Part shown: positions 49,145-63,728 of the stretch, piece after piece
Layout: each line of letters starts with the position of its first letter
Position numbering within the stretch: position 1 is the first letter of the stretch
Source of the DNA: Chrysomallon squamiferum
Taxonomy: Eukaryota; Animalia; Mollusca
NCBI GenBank assembly: GCA_012295275.1
Contig: CM022672.1
Coordinates: forward strand, 15,066,001-15,130,000
DNA: 64,000 nt
Reading direction: 5' to 3'
Translations under genes and position numbers: made by a program
The notes under the pieces: generated by a model
What the model saw: only the letters and a program-made list of their open reading frames with translations
The model's database searches: none
Told to the model about the DNA's origin: nothing

Positions 49145-49463
49145 ATGCCAGTAGCACCATCTCAGAAAGAACCTTCAATTGTACGCTATCGTCGCCTTTT
49201 GTCGAAATCCCCCACCTTCCATTTGACATCATCAGGAGTAAATGAGGACAATCTATGTGTTGCAGACTCAGGTACTGTGTTAATTCCTGACAATCACAAT
49301 CAGAACATAACTGATGCTTCTATGTTGGACCAGCAAGGACAATACATTAGCACTCGCAGTCCACCCATATTAAATCTTAGTCCGAATCTCAGCCCGACAG
49401 AACCACAGAGAACATCACCTTTCTATGACCTCAGAGAAAGTACTAGAAGACGAGGCCAACAAG
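49145..49463 (+). CDS. First coding exon of an unidentified gene (S/P-rich N-terminus); rest of gene probably beyond the window
   Basis: Acceptor TTTCAG ends at 49120, ATG at 49145, 106 codons MPVAPSQKEPSIVRYRRLLSKSP...TSPFYDLRESTRRRGQQ, phase-1 donor GTAAAG at 49464. No further confident exon up to 64000. Confidence 0.7.
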
Positions 49464-49475
49464 GTAAAGTTTTTA

Positions 49476-49518
<43 letters not shown>

Positions 49519-50322
49519 TGAATTTAAAATGTTAGGGATTAAAAAATATTTGCATATTGTGAAATAATAAAACTTGTTCATTGGATATGAACCATTGATA
49601 CAAAAAGCAGAATTATTTTATGTTCTGGAATGAATTGGCATTTGTGAATTTTGTATAAGTATGTCATAGGATCAATGCAAAGACCACTGTTCATTAAAAC
49701 TGGGAAGAAATGTTTCATTGTCATCCAGTGATTTAAAAAAAAAAAAAATTTGTTTGTTTAAATATTACAAAATTTTAAGTGTTTCTTTAGTCTTCTGATT
49801 GTTGAAACTATAAAAGCATTGAATCCAGTCTTTTAATTGTTTATGATTATTAGCTTGAATAGAAATATATTTATAGAACTTTGTCCTTAAAGCAAATACG
49901 TTAACACGTATTATATAAATATGGATACATTTATCTAACAGATTTTTTCAACAAAAGAAACAACCGTGTTTTATCAACTGTTTCCATTATCACAGTCAAA
50001 TAAGTCTGCAGCATAGGGATAACCTAAATACAAACTTATTTATCAATGAAACTGGAACATAGCTGTTATTTAGTACTTAATGTCTAGCACCAGTATCTTT
50101 TTTCTTTTTAATGGGACTAGAATAATAGTTTTCTTTTACCTTCTTTCACATAGATGTTTATTAAATTTATTGGTTAATTTCTACAGAACTGAGAAAATGT
50201 TTATTAATATGATGATTAAGAAACAATGACAAAAAAAAAAGACATTCCAAAAAACTTCATTATCTTGGTATTAGTTCTGTAAACATATTGTGTCATGTGA
50301 CCATCAGTGGTGAATTGTTAAG

Positions 50323-51445
50323 GGTGTCATCCCATTTGGTCAGATTCCCAGTTGATCAAAATACCTGATTACCTCTGTATGCAACAAACATGACCTTTTC
50401 ATGTTCATAAAAGTTTTGATTATAGACGGACAATGGTTTATTTACCAATGTACATAAATCTGATTATTTGTTTATGTAATGAACATGGCCTCTTCACAGT
50501 TTTTTTTTTATAGTTTTTCCGTAGCTTTTTGTTAAAAAATCTCTATATACAAACTTTCATTAGAGATGGACAGTAGTGTATTTCCAATACATGTTTTCCG
50601 TGGCTTCTTGAGTATATTGAAAAACAAAAAAAATCACACTTACCATTCCAAGAATGGCTGTTTTAAGCAAAATAGAATTAGATGGTTATACGTACAGTTG
50701 AAATTGTGTTAATGAAGAAACCACATACTGGAGATGAACCAAACAACCCTGTGTTAGCAAGATCCTACAGTTGATGGTTTTGTCAGAAACAGCTTTGGTC
50801 GTGACCATACTCTGAGTAATGAACCTACTGTCAAGTTTGTTAGTATAATGAGAAAGAGAGCAGTACCTAGAGTTGTTGAATTCAACAATTGCAGAGTGAT
50901 GACATGGGTGGATGATGACACAATATTTCCTCTTTGCATGTGGAATCACTTCACCGTTGCTGTCCCAAAAACAAACATCTGGGAGGTTTCTATTCGTGAC
51001 TCAACAGGCTGCTTCCTCATCCACACGATCAAGGAGATAGAGATGTGCAAAAGAGCAAAGTTGGTGCATCTGAATGCTGCAGCTGTACCACCACAATAGT
51101 CAGTTGTTTCAAGTAGCAACTCACTAATGAAGACACCTCTGCAGTACATGGACTCTATTGGTTACCTCATGAAGCTGCAGTGATTGCTTTTTGTGAAATT
51201 ATTTTGTTTTAGACGAATACCCTCTTTTTTTGTTATTTATAGACATTCACTACATTCAGTACATGGATTATTTTCATATTTGTCATATTTGTATACTTTA
51301 TGCAATAAGTGACATCCATACCATCTCTACAATAATAATCGGTTTCCAAATAATCTGGAACAGCTCATTATAATGACTGAGGTAACAACATGTTGTTGTT
51401 TTAGCAGTTCAACCAACTGGGAATTTGACCAAATGGGAATATGCC
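50323..51445 (+). mobile_element. Mutator-like (MULE) DNA transposon, degenerate
   Basis: TIRs ggtgtcatcccatttggtcagattcccagttg (from 50323) and caactgggaatttgaccaaatgggaatatgcc (to 51445). Exact 8-bp TSD TTGTTAAG at 50315-50322 and 51446-51453. Transposase relic TWVDDDTIFPLCMWNHFTVAVPKTN (cf. MULE W..FP..WN.F...PRTNN). Confidence 0.85.
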
Positions 51446-52666
51446 TTGTTAAGCATCAACAATTCAGTTTGGGTTAAACTTGAACCATCTTGAGAAATCT
51501 TACTTCTGTTGAACAAATCTTGATATATATATACTTTGAACTTAACATATAAAGAAGAAAATATATTAGTAAGGATTTAAAACAAAATAAAACATCCACA
51601 ACAAAAATAGCCCCACAAAAACAAAGCAAGTGACTTGGTCCGTCAATTGTCAACTTCTAAACTGACATTGTTTGAAAGTCATATATTCCTTTTTGACAGT
51701 TTATATATTATTATATTTTATCCCAGTATAAATATTAATTCAGTAAACATCATATATGAACATGATTACTAACAATGTGTGTGTGTGTGGGATAATTGTC
51801 AGGAAATGCATTGTGATTCTCTTTTAAATAAGAAAACCCCCAAAGGATCAGGCATTAAGAGGTTCTTTCCCATTATGTGCAGATTTGGAAAAAATGCATG
51901 AATAGTCCATTTTTTTTTAAACGTACATATATGTATGAGAGAGAGATACCACAAAATTGAAAACAATATTTTTAGCACAAATTTTTATCAAAACTGCAGG
52001 AAGCTTGCTGTGTGGCCAAATTTTAAACTGGTGTTCACCTACATATAGATAAATCTCAAGACAAAATCCTGCCCTATTTAAAGTTTGACCTCTTTTTAAC
52101 TAATCATCTGCTATAACAAGGAAATGGAATACGAATATGAACAAACAGTTAAATGTACTCATTGCTTTCCTGTAGCTAAACTGCACTGCACTAAACAACC
52201 CTAGGCTCATTTAGTGTAGTACTTTTTCCCATATTCTCCTGTCATGCGATTTTTCATTATTCTTAATGTGGGCAGGTCAGACCCACTTGTCATTAGTTTT
52301 GTTTATGAGATTTGCACTGAGTTTAGAAAAAAACAAAACAATAACCGTTAAATTGGGATATAGTCGTCATCATCATTATTCACACATATAAGTTGACCAG
52401 GTAATTTGACACAAGTTCGGTAGACTAGGGTATATCACATTCATCAAGGTGAGTTGAAATTTTGGAAGCATATCTGGATATTTTCAATATTAATATTATT
52501 TTTCAATAATTATCTTAGCTTTTTACTTAGGATTAAAAAAAAAAAAAAAAAAAACAGTTGTTATAAAAAGTAGTATCCAGTATAGTTTAAAAACACATAC
52601 TGTAAATACGACTTAGGTAGTTTTATGTTTTTGCTTTATGGTGATCGTGAGTGCTATTCTTTCACC

Positions 52667-52672
<6 letters not shown>

Positions 52673-52739
<67 letters not shown>
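52673..52739. repeat. (GA)n microsatellite
   Basis: Perfect GA run. Other simple repeats: (ATT)n ~16440-16486, (AAT)n ~46379-46424, (CT)n ~55170-55226, (AC)n ~56722-56751, (TG)n ~57909-57937, (TG)n(TA)n ~59817-59874. Confidence 0.95.
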
Positions 52740-52744
<5 letters not shown>

Positions 52745-55165
52745 AAAGAGAAAGTATGCTGTTCCTTTGGAAGGATTTGAGCCTAGTACTTCTTAAATTG
52801 TGACATTCCTTCATGATTGTTAGAAAACTACTAATATTGTTATAAGTTACAAGTACTTTGAATGGTCTGTGAAGCTGTTTACCAAAAAGGTTACACGCAC
52901 TGTTATCTGCATTTAAAAGTACATGCCTCTAGATTTCACCCAGCAGTGTTTTTGTTTTACAGTCAACTTCTGATTAGTAATGTAACAGTTGAACTAGAAA
53001 TGTAGGTTATTATTTTTTTTAAATATTAATAGGAAAATCTTTTATAATATTATAATATGTATGTATTATATCATATGAATGTGATTAACAGTCATAGATT
53101 TATTGATTCTGAGTGAAAATTTGCCTTTATTTTTAAATTTCTGTTTCTTATTTTTACAATATTTTCTTATTTAAGTCAATGGTTACCAAAGGTTTAATTT
53201 CTTGTTTTCTGATCCCCCCCCCATTTTTGAAATAAATAGTAATATAAAATAAAATTAGAAATACACATGTATTATATATGTATGCATTTCCCTGTGTATT
53301 CTTGATAAACCTGTCATTAGAGCACTGGCTGGAATATATAACACAACTTTTTCTCATGAACATGTAACTGGTTTGCCAGTTTTGGAAGCAGTAGTATATA
53401 CTGCCATTTTAATACTGAAGAAAAAAACACATGTGAAAACCCAACCGGTTTAACATTCAGAACGTTAAGCGCAGTGTGCTTACTTTAACCCAGTGGTGTT
53501 ATTTCCAAGCTGTGACTGTCGCCTTGTTCATAGTACTTGTCTGCAGCTGGCTTTGTGCACCAGTGTGGAGGTTTTCCCAAACACATTCAACATTCAACAG
53601 CCAGCAGGCTGGTTGGAAAACCCACATGTTATTGTACGATGTAGTTTTATCCAACACTAGCAGAATTTTCTATGCTTTTCTCTTCAACAAAATAAACAGC
53701 TTGGGCAGGCTAGGTTTTATAGGTTACAGTGTGTTTCTGTGTATATTGTATAGCCAGCCATACAGGCAGATTTGGAACACTGGCATTCAGTTAAACATTT
53801 TTATTTATTTAAAAAAAAAATTAAATTTATTTTTTAAATGAAATAAAAAAGAAGTGAAAGAAAATTTAGTATATGCTGTTATCTAGAAAAAACATTTTGT
53901 TAAAAGCTGATGTCATTTGTGTTAAAAAATAAAAATAAAATTACTGAATTAGTGGCATCAGATTAATGATTCATGTGCAGTTACTATGCTTGGATTTTAA
54001 AAATATATATTAATAAGTAAAATGAATGTACACTACGTTTAAAGATGTGTTTTTATAAATCAGTAATTTTGAATTGCAGTATGTTTTCATTTGGCAGTCA
54101 GACATTTATATACTAATTATAATACTTCAGACATACACTGATCTTTACAATACAAATTTTATCTATATTACAAAATCATTTTTTATTTTAATTTTTTTTA
54201 TTAATGTTTTTGTTATTTTATTTCCTTTAATATTTGTAAAAATATGTTTAAAATTATTATGTGAAAGATAAACTCAGTGGCATCACACATGGTCTACTCT
54301 TTCCAATAGCAAGAATCTTTCTTTGTTTATGCATCTTCCCATAGGCAGGAAAGATAATACATTGGCTGAAACTTGACTGGATAAAGAACTGCATAACAGA
54401 CTAATCTATAAAGTTAGTTTTAATTTTAATAATGTTAAAAATGGCTTCAGCTCAGTGACCTAACTTTTGATATATTCAGTAGATACTTTTAATGAGTTAC
54501 ATTTTTGTTTTTTTACCTTACACATATGCTCCAGTCACTGAATTTGAGGCAATTAGTTTTATTTTAATGTGATAAAATGAGAGAAATATATGTCAGCAGA
54601 AATAAAAAAAAGTGTTACAATGAAATGCCTGAATTTAAATAGATCAAACATATGCAGATATTTTAACAGGGAAGAAATAAAAAAACAAAGAACTCAAAAA
54701 TATTTCACATCATAAAATGAATTTAAAGAGAAATAAATGAATTGAAAGAAGTACAAACTGGTACTTTAAAAACAGGAAAACATTCCTTTTTGTTTAATAG
54801 AGAAGAAACTGAAAGAAAGAAGAATTGATTTTGATGGATTTTTATATCTCCTTTTATTCCATTTTAACACACACTGCCAATGGGGCCTGTAGCAAAATGT
54901 TACTCAGTTTCCATAGAGACAGTATTGGCTTTGGTTGTAGCCAAGCCTTGTGGCTGCCAAGTGAAATTCATATTTGCCAGCTGATAAGACATACTGGTAG
55001 TGGTTCCAAGCTAAAATCAGACTCTTGGCTCTCTAGAACACTGAGAAAATTATCATTATCCAAACAATTAAAACTAATAGCATACAGACTAATTAAAAAT
55101 CAATCTACAATTCTCTATGCTAATTTGTAGGTGCAGTTAGACTGAGTCAAAAATAACTTGTCATT

Positions 55166-55231
<66 letters not shown>

Positions 55232-56719
55232 TGTGTATGTGTATAGGTGTGTGCATGTGTGTTGGTTTTCAGTTGCTTATATTTGGTTTCTAAACTGAGA
55301 TGAGGGGCTCTTTACTTTGTTTCTTTGTGTTCAGTACATTCATAAAATGTTAACTGATATTTACTTATTTAAATGTGAAGGATTTGATTTCAGGTTAGAA
55401 GATATATATCCCAAGTGTTTTGAGAATAATAAAAGTTTACATACTGTTTTATGAACTAAAATATTAATATGCACACACATACACAAATACACCTACTACT
55501 CATATAACACATGCAGTGATATACATATAATGCATATTATGCACCAGTTCAAACATAGTTATCAAATAAAAATGCTGGAGTTTCACCTTTTAAAAAAAAC
55601 ACTTTATGATATTATTTATTTATTTATTTATTTATTTTGATTATGGGATAGAGTAAATCTTTTTAATACCAATACACTTTGTATTAATATTCAGTTAACC
55701 ACTGATTAAAAAAATTAATTTCATAAATCATTTTAATTTGAAATCCAAATACATACACACAAAATTTAAGCTTTCTTTTATCAGTTATCAGCTGTCACCC
55801 ATCTATAAGTTAATCACCATATTTACAGGATTCAGGATGTTGGTTGATCACAGGTTTTCCAGATGACTTTTCAACAGCTACCTTCTTTGTACCTTTTTTC
55901 TCATTCTAAGTCGTGGCTGTGGCCACAAATTGATGCTTTAATTATCCAGGTTGTGACCATTGCTGAAGCTGTATGCTTTTATTACCCAGCCTGACACTCA
56001 GCACCTGACCACTGACCACTCCTTTAGAGGGGATCAGTGATCTGGCCCAGTTTGATGTCCTGCCATGGTATGGGAACTTTACAACTCTTAATTCAGCAGA
56101 TTTTGGTTTATAAAAAACAATAAAATAAAGATGTTGCAACAGTTTGCAAACTGTTTGGTTTGTAATCATTTTCATCATTAGGTTGATATAACTGTTTATG
56201 TTTTTTCTTCACAGTTTATGGTCCTAATTTGGTTTTATTTTCATTTATTTTTCCTAATTTCATTTTATTTTCATTTATTTTTCTTTCTTAAGAGTCTTCC
56301 ATATCTGGAGCAATCAAATACCAGGTTGACCTTTATCCCATTTGAAATTCCTTATTCATGTGTTTATCCCTGATCAGTAACAAATGTAGAAATAGAAAAC
56401 CATTTTGGAAGTATAATATGAAATTTAAAAAAATAAACAAAAGCAATTCTATAGCTCTGCATTATGAAAAATTTCAAGAAAAACAAAATAATAATAAATA
56501 AAAGTTTCTTGAACAGAGTTTATAGATATATAAACATTTATTGTCAAACTGCATATCACTGAGAGTAAATGCAGATGGTGCATGAATATAGGATGTATTA
56601 CACACGGTATTTCATTTGTTACCTGGCATAGTTTAAATCATTAATTTATTACTCTTATTACTGTTTTTGTCTGGCTGTTCAGAACCTTTACTTCATTTTT
56701 TTTGAAATCTCAAAGCATG

Positions 56720-56754
<35 letters not shown>

Positions 56755-57906
56755 CACATGGACAGAGAGAGAAAAAAAATTATATAAAACATGGCTTTGC
56801 CATTCATTTAGTTAAATACGGTATCTGTAAAAATAGTGTATATTGAACTTTTATCTAGAAAAGTAGGATATTAACAAAAACATGACTGATTTTTTTATAC
56901 ATTTATTTAGATAAGTATAGTATTTGTACAAATGAGTTTGCTGAGAATTTGCTGTTAATTTTTATACATTCATTTAGATAAATATAGTGTGTATAATGAC
57001 TATACTCAGAGCATTACTGTCTACATGAGTTGTGATAAGAACGTGGATTATAATTCTACAGCATTTGGTAGATAAAAATGGCTTTGATATGAAAACAGAT
57101 GTATATATTATGAATGCATTTGTGAAGATTAACATGGCATCTAAAAACAGCTTTGCTATCAATAGAACATATATAAAATAACTTTAATGATAACATGGAC
57201 CATTTATTTAATTTTAATATGGTGTCTTTGAAATTAATTTACTGAAATCAGATCACATTTATTAAATTATGCAAGGTATCTGCATGCAAAAGTTGTAAAA
57301 AAGATACAACAGTAATGTTGAATTTATAGTGTGTTTACTATGTTAAATACAGTACCCAGCAAAAATGGCTGTGCTGTTAACAAAACTGTGTTACTGGTCT
57401 GGTAACAAATGTTGATTCTGTTAGCTGGGCTGTCTGCCAGAACTAGTGATAACACTTGGTGCTTGTTGATGTATTTTATTTAATGTCACAGCCAGGCTGG
57501 TCCCTTGCACTTCTTTGGATGAATTTTACTTCATGGGGTACGTCATCATTTATGAGTTTTCCAGAACACCTTATGGATTGTTTTATGACAGTTCTTACAT
57601 TCATTTACATTTTCAAATATTGTTAGATGTAGAAAATATGTCAGTGACAGAAAATTCTATAAAAACACGTATGTTATTGTGTAATCAATAGTCAGGGGAA
57701 AAAAAATTGCACACCTAACTTTAATTTATATTACGATATTGTTTTATGTAAAGGTTTTCAGTTGTTACTCGGAGGGAATACATTTTTAAATATGTTTTAG
57801 ATAATTATTATTATCAGTCCAAGTAAAACTGATTAAAATGTTTGTTTGAATTTAAATGAATATTTAATCAATGTTCAGTACATTTTATTGTTAAAACAAT
57901 ATCGGA

Positions 57907-57942
<36 letters not shown>

Positions 57943-58869
57943 GAGGATGCTACAAAAAAAACTCAGTGCAGCCATTATAGCTTGTACAACTCTTATTAAT
58001 TAGCAACAAGAAATCACCTTCTCATAGACAGGGGAACGTATATCAATTACAATAGGTCTAGTGACACTTCTTAAATAACCAACTGCAGGTGCTGAGAAGT
58101 ATTGATCTCATGACTCACCACTCCTTAGCCAAGCACTTTAAGTTACAGTCCATTCTGAGTTATTTTAAACAGAAATTTTAAATAGTTTTCTTCACCCACC
58201 ACAATATCTTTCACTGTATATAACTGTAACATCTGTTTCCCATTTCTTGATTTTATTCCACTGTATAATCTTTTTTTTTTTTTTGTAAATAGCTTTCTTG
58301 TTGAGTTCAAATTATTTAAATTAAATATTAGACATAATATTAATAGTTACTAACATATAGATAAAAGTTTTAAAATTGTTCTTAATCTTCATATATCGAA
58401 TATGAAATAAAACAGCTACATAAACAATGGTGTAAACAGACACAAACACAAAATACACTTGACAACATAGCCATAAACATATACAACATACACACAATAA
58501 AAAATTTAATAACACTAAATTTAATTGTAAAATTGTTGAATTATTTTATACCATACCCCCCAAAAAAACAAAAACAAAAACAAAAAACAATTGAATAATA
58601 ATAATTTTCATTTGCTGATTTAATGTTTTTAAGATTGAAAACTAAAACTAAAAGCTGTTTTTAACAGGCTGCATGTGTATAGTATTTTTAACTACACCGA
58701 ACGTCTGATAAAAGTGGGTTGACAGTAAGACGGAATTTTCGATCTTGCCTATCCTTGGAATGTAGCCAGTAGCACGGTCATATAGAATTCACCAGGCTAG
58801 CTGCTTTCATTGCAGCTTCAACACACTGGGAGACAGTGTCCTTGTATACTGCTGTAAAAAAATTATTTC

Positions 58870-59400
58870 CTTTAATGCCGTCATTGGAGGACACTAATTA
58901 ATATTCCATATTGGCTGTTTAATAGTTGTTTGACATTACCAAAGCCTATTGATTTATTGAATGTCAAATGTTTTTGTCATGACACTGCAAGAGTTTTGGT
59001 TGTTTAATGTGGGTTTTTTCAGTGACACTACTAGAGCATGTTGATCTTTTGAACATCAAACATTTGTTTAAACTAAGCATTGTTGAATTATTGAATGTAA
59101 ACATTTGTTTTATTTAACTGTTAAAGCATTTTAATTGTTTTTTTTTTGTTTTTTTTGTATACAAATATTTATTTCATTTTAGCAGTGTTCAATGACATCA
59201 CTAGAGCATATTGATTAATCTTCCATTACTGGCTGCTTAATGTCAGAAATTTATTTAATGTCACCACTTGATTTAATCATTTGTTCATGCTGTATCGAAT
59301 ACTTGTGTAACAAATTCACCATAGCTTATTAATCTGGATGTCAAACATTTAACTGGCACCATTAAAACATTGATATTTTAATAAGAAAAAAACCCATTTG
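58870..59400. repeat. Cluster of degenerate copies of one short repeat module (probably SINE-associated)
   Basis: tgacactactagagcatgttgat (59023), tgacatcactagagcatattgat (59193) and recurring (g)atgtcaaacatt-like motifs (~58961, 59054, 59096, 59337). Confidence 0.5.
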
Positions 59401-59813
59401 AAGATCTGATTATATAGTTTTGTTTTTATTGAAATGAAAATTAGAAAATGAATTATATAAATTAACATTTTTATTCATTAAATTAGTATTATTTTGTTAA
59501 TATTATATTTTCTTTTTAAATGTATGGAATATTTTATTAAATTTTCAGATACATCTGAGATCTAATTAACATTTAAAATCATTCTTGAACAATTAAGACA
59601 AATTAAAATCCTTATTGTCAGTTGCTTAGAAGAATTAATATTGAAATTCAAACATTTGCAAGAATTCTGCAAAGATAGATCCCCAAAACAACCCATAATA
59701 TTTTGATTTATAACTGTCAAACATAATTTAATGAATCTTAAATAGGTATTTTATTTTTCATTGGTGATACAGATGTTGCTTTATTACATCTTATTTTAAT
59801 CTTTGTGAGTGTG

Positions 59814-59874
<61 letters not shown>

Positions 59875-61187
59875 CTTTTTTGTTGTTTCTGTTTAGTGAT
59901 AGTAAATTTTTTTTATTTTTTTTATGTTGGTTAAAAAGGTAAATCAGTAGCTTTTGGTTTTACAACACCTTTTACCTAGTGTATTATTCCTGTTATGGTT
60001 CATAATTTTTTTTATACAGTTTCTTCTTTTGTGCAGTATATAACAACATTTCTTAAATACTATACTTTAGTATACTATACTTTGCTTTTTTTTTTTTAAG
60101 TCACCAGATCAGGTATATTCAAATTTTATATGGCTTATGTATGATTAGCCATTTCATATTTTTTGATTCACTGCTTGAGTCTTGCCTAGGCTGTTCTTTC
60201 GTTATTCAGTAATGAGTCATTTCTTTTTTTTGTTCAGTGTATGTCATTGTCTGCCCTTACATAACCTAGGCTTATACTTCCAGATTTGCCTGAAGCTCAC
60301 TGCTTCAGACATTTGAGAAGAAAACCAACATAAAAGTTTTCTCGTGTCCTTGGTGTACCATTTAGATCTGTTTATGGCCTTTCCCCTTCAAGCAGACATT
60401 TTTCCCCTTTTCATGTTTTATGTGGACAAGCCCACATTATTTTGCGCAGTTCCTTGGCAAGCTGGCTCTACCCGCATAAAAGTATTGGCGTCATCAGAAT
60501 CAATCTGCCTCCGCATTGATTCAAACTCCCAGCACACCAGCCAGATCTGGTGAACTAGCAAAACCTTGTTAAAGTTGTAAAGGCTTTATTGAAAGCTGCC
60601 AGTGGAAAGAGCGTGCATAGTATCTCATGTAGCTGTAGTTTTCCAACTAGTCTTTTGTGTATCATCAACACAGCATGGATTTCCATTGCTTGCAGTATTT
60701 TTCAAGTTTTCCACAGTTAGCAGGTGGCTCGCTGTCCTGACTATTATTGTAGTCCTGGAATTGAACTAAAAAATTCCAAGGATTTTGTCATAATGTTTAG
60801 AAGCTGGAGAGAGAGACAGAGAGAAAAATAAGCCAGCCTAAACCTGTTTTGAGGTACCGTAAATATCTGTGTATAAAGTGGCTGTATTAATTTTTATTAA
60901 TTTTTTTTATCTGACGTTTTATTGATCTATTCTTCATTGTGTAATAAAATAATTATTTGGCCACCTGTATCACATAACCCAATATGCTATTATTATTACT
61001 ATTATAATGTCTGAATTTCAAGACTGCCAAATTGAAAGAAATTATCTTTATTCCTTCTTTTTAAAAAACAAAATCACAAAAAAAGAGAGAAGAAATAATA
61101 AGAAATAAAAAATTATATTTTATATAGTTAATTGCTTTCAGTTTATTTTAATATATCTTTTATTTCTGTAAATATCAATGTTAATGT

Positions 61188-61264
61188 AATTTCTTATATT
61201 TTAAATTAATCAAATGTTTACAATTTCTTATATTTTAAATTAATCAAATGTTTACAATTTCTTA
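61188..61264. repeat. Perfect 34-bp tandem duplication
   Basis: aatttcttatattttaaattaatcaaatgtttac twice plus a partial third unit. Confidence 0.85.
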
Positions 61265-63693
61265 ATTTTATTTTCAAAACAAATAAAACATGTTTTATAT
61301 TTGTTCACTGTTTGGCATGCACACTTCCATTTCTTATTACTGGAAATGTTTATTATTTTCATTTCTTTGTTTATAAATAATAAATAAAAATAAATAATAA
61401 TATAAAAGAGAGTAAAAAAAAAAAAAAAAAAAATAAAGTAATAAAAAAAAAAAAAAAAAAAATAACTATTTTAAATTGTAATAATTTGTACTGTTGTGTG
61501 AAATAAATTGATGGTATTTCATTTTCATAATGCACCAGTACCTACACAATTATATCATGGCCACTTGGTTGTTGAACACTGTGACCAAATGACACAAAGC
61601 TAGTATTTGACAAACCATTTTATCAGTTTTTGTTGCCTGGTAACTTGTATAAAATTGGTAATAAGTTAAATTAGACATCTAGGTTTGTTTCAGATCACTT
61701 GAAAACTGTCTTCAGTTGATTGTGTAATTTTTTGCATGGACTCTCTTAATAATACATTGCAACTAACATAGCAAAGATGTTGGTTGGAATATATTGAGTA
61801 AAATGTAAAACTGACCGAATTGTTTTTTTTTTTTTGTGTTTTTTTTTACTGATTATTGAAAATCATTTAAAAGAAATCCCCAAACAATCTCACCTGTCTT
61901 TCTCATCATCATCATCATCATCATAATTAACCTGTTTTGTTGTATTATTAACATTACATTACGATGAAATACACATGGACTAAAATTGAAATATTGCACA
62001 GTAGTAAATGAATAAAATAAGTGATCAATAACTGTTTTGACATCAGACTGGGATGACAAAAAGTCTGCACACCAGTTGTTGGCACAGGTAAATCATTTTG
62101 GGTTTGAATTTTCCAGCGAGGCCAGATTTAAATTTGACCAGCTGTGACCTCCCGGCTGTTTGTTTATGTGCTAACTAAACAGGGGACTTGAACAAAGGGA
62201 CGACAGCTTGCTATAAATACTGTTATGCAGTGTGGTCATCAACCAGGAACTGACAAGTGGACACATGCAACTTCGCCCGATTAAGACAAGGTTCAGATGG
62301 CAATTGCTAAAATAAGTGATATGTATTTGTTTTGGTTCACTAAACCAAATGGTGCGAAGTTGAGGGAAGTGATGGGGAGTATGTTGATATTTTTAAAAAC
62401 ATTTTTGTTTGGAATATAAAAAAAATAAAAACCTAATTTAATTATAGATGCAGTGTATATTATTTTGTTACTTGTTGTTTTGTGTCAAATGTGAGCGTGA
62501 ATTAAAGAGCGACAGATCTAAGAGAATACCAAATAACTTGGGTTAATCAGGTGTGTATGTGTTTGTGTATGTCAGAGAAAGAATGAGAGAGGATTGTTTT
62601 GGACATGTTAATTAGTTTAATTTTAATTAACTGTAGGCAAATATGGATTTATTTCACAGAAATAAAATGAATAAATAAAATAATTATAATTATAATAATA
62701 ATTAAAAAATGGACTGTTCGGCATTAAAAAAAAAATGATTTGAATTTTAATTTTAACATTGAGTATATTCATACATTTGTTATTATTCACATGTGTAATA
62801 AATAAAAAGATGATATCAATGAGGTGAATAAACATTTTCACTAGTTTTGACAGGCTGTGCATTAAAATTTTCTCTAAATATATAAAATAAATAAATTAAT
62901 ACAAAGTACTGCTAAATAAAAAAATTCGGATAATCAATCAAGAGAAAAAGTTACTACAGACTAAGTCACAGTGCACTTTTAGACAGCTCAGCATGGTATT
63001 GCATTGATAGGTGAATAATCAGTGATTTGTATGCATTTAGTTCATTCACAAGATCAATTTTTTCTTTTTGTCTTTTTTCTCCTTTTTTTCTTTTTTTCTT
63101 CTTCTTAATATAAGAAAGTAAAAAGTGCATTGATGCGAGAAAAAGGAAATTTAATTCATGATCTTTAACTATTTTTCTACATTGCATATTGGGGCATATT
63201 TCCATTTTCCTTCTTTTTTTCACTCAGTGTACAAGCTACTATTACCATTCATAAATCAAAGTGGAACAAATATTTTAATAAAAACAAAGGATTGAAACTG
63301 AAAATGATTTCTGCTTTAATTTATTAAAATGTTTTCTTTTGTACTTTATTCATTCTTTGCATGTTCAGGTTGGAAAGAAAGAAAAAAAAGAGAAAGATAC
63401 TCATTCATATTTACATTTTGCCTTGCAAAATATCCAATATTCATTCACTCACTGCTTGCTCACAGAGCTAGGTCTTTTTTCCGTTATATAAAATCTTCAT
63501 CGAAAACAGAAACAGAATTAAAACTCTTAATTATTTATTTATTCATTCATCCAGTGTTTTTCTTACTCTATCCTACCTACATCACTCATGTAGGAGTATA
63601 TTTATTTCAACCAGTTTCCTGAAAGTTTCTTTGTGTCAGACTTTTCCTTCATTTCATCATCCTCTTGTCCAGCTCTATCAGCTAGCCAATTAT

Positions 63694-63728
<35 letters not shown>

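Noticed and set aside
53476-53841. 121-aa ORF and other 60-100 aa ORFs in 51.5-64 kb
   Set aside because: Often non-ATG starts, no domain similarity, and no phase-compatible splice sites to continue the 49145 gene.
60290-60800. GC-richer block that may be a transposon relic or exon (also 55820-56100)
   Set aside because: Stops in the frames examined and no motif I can assign with confidence.
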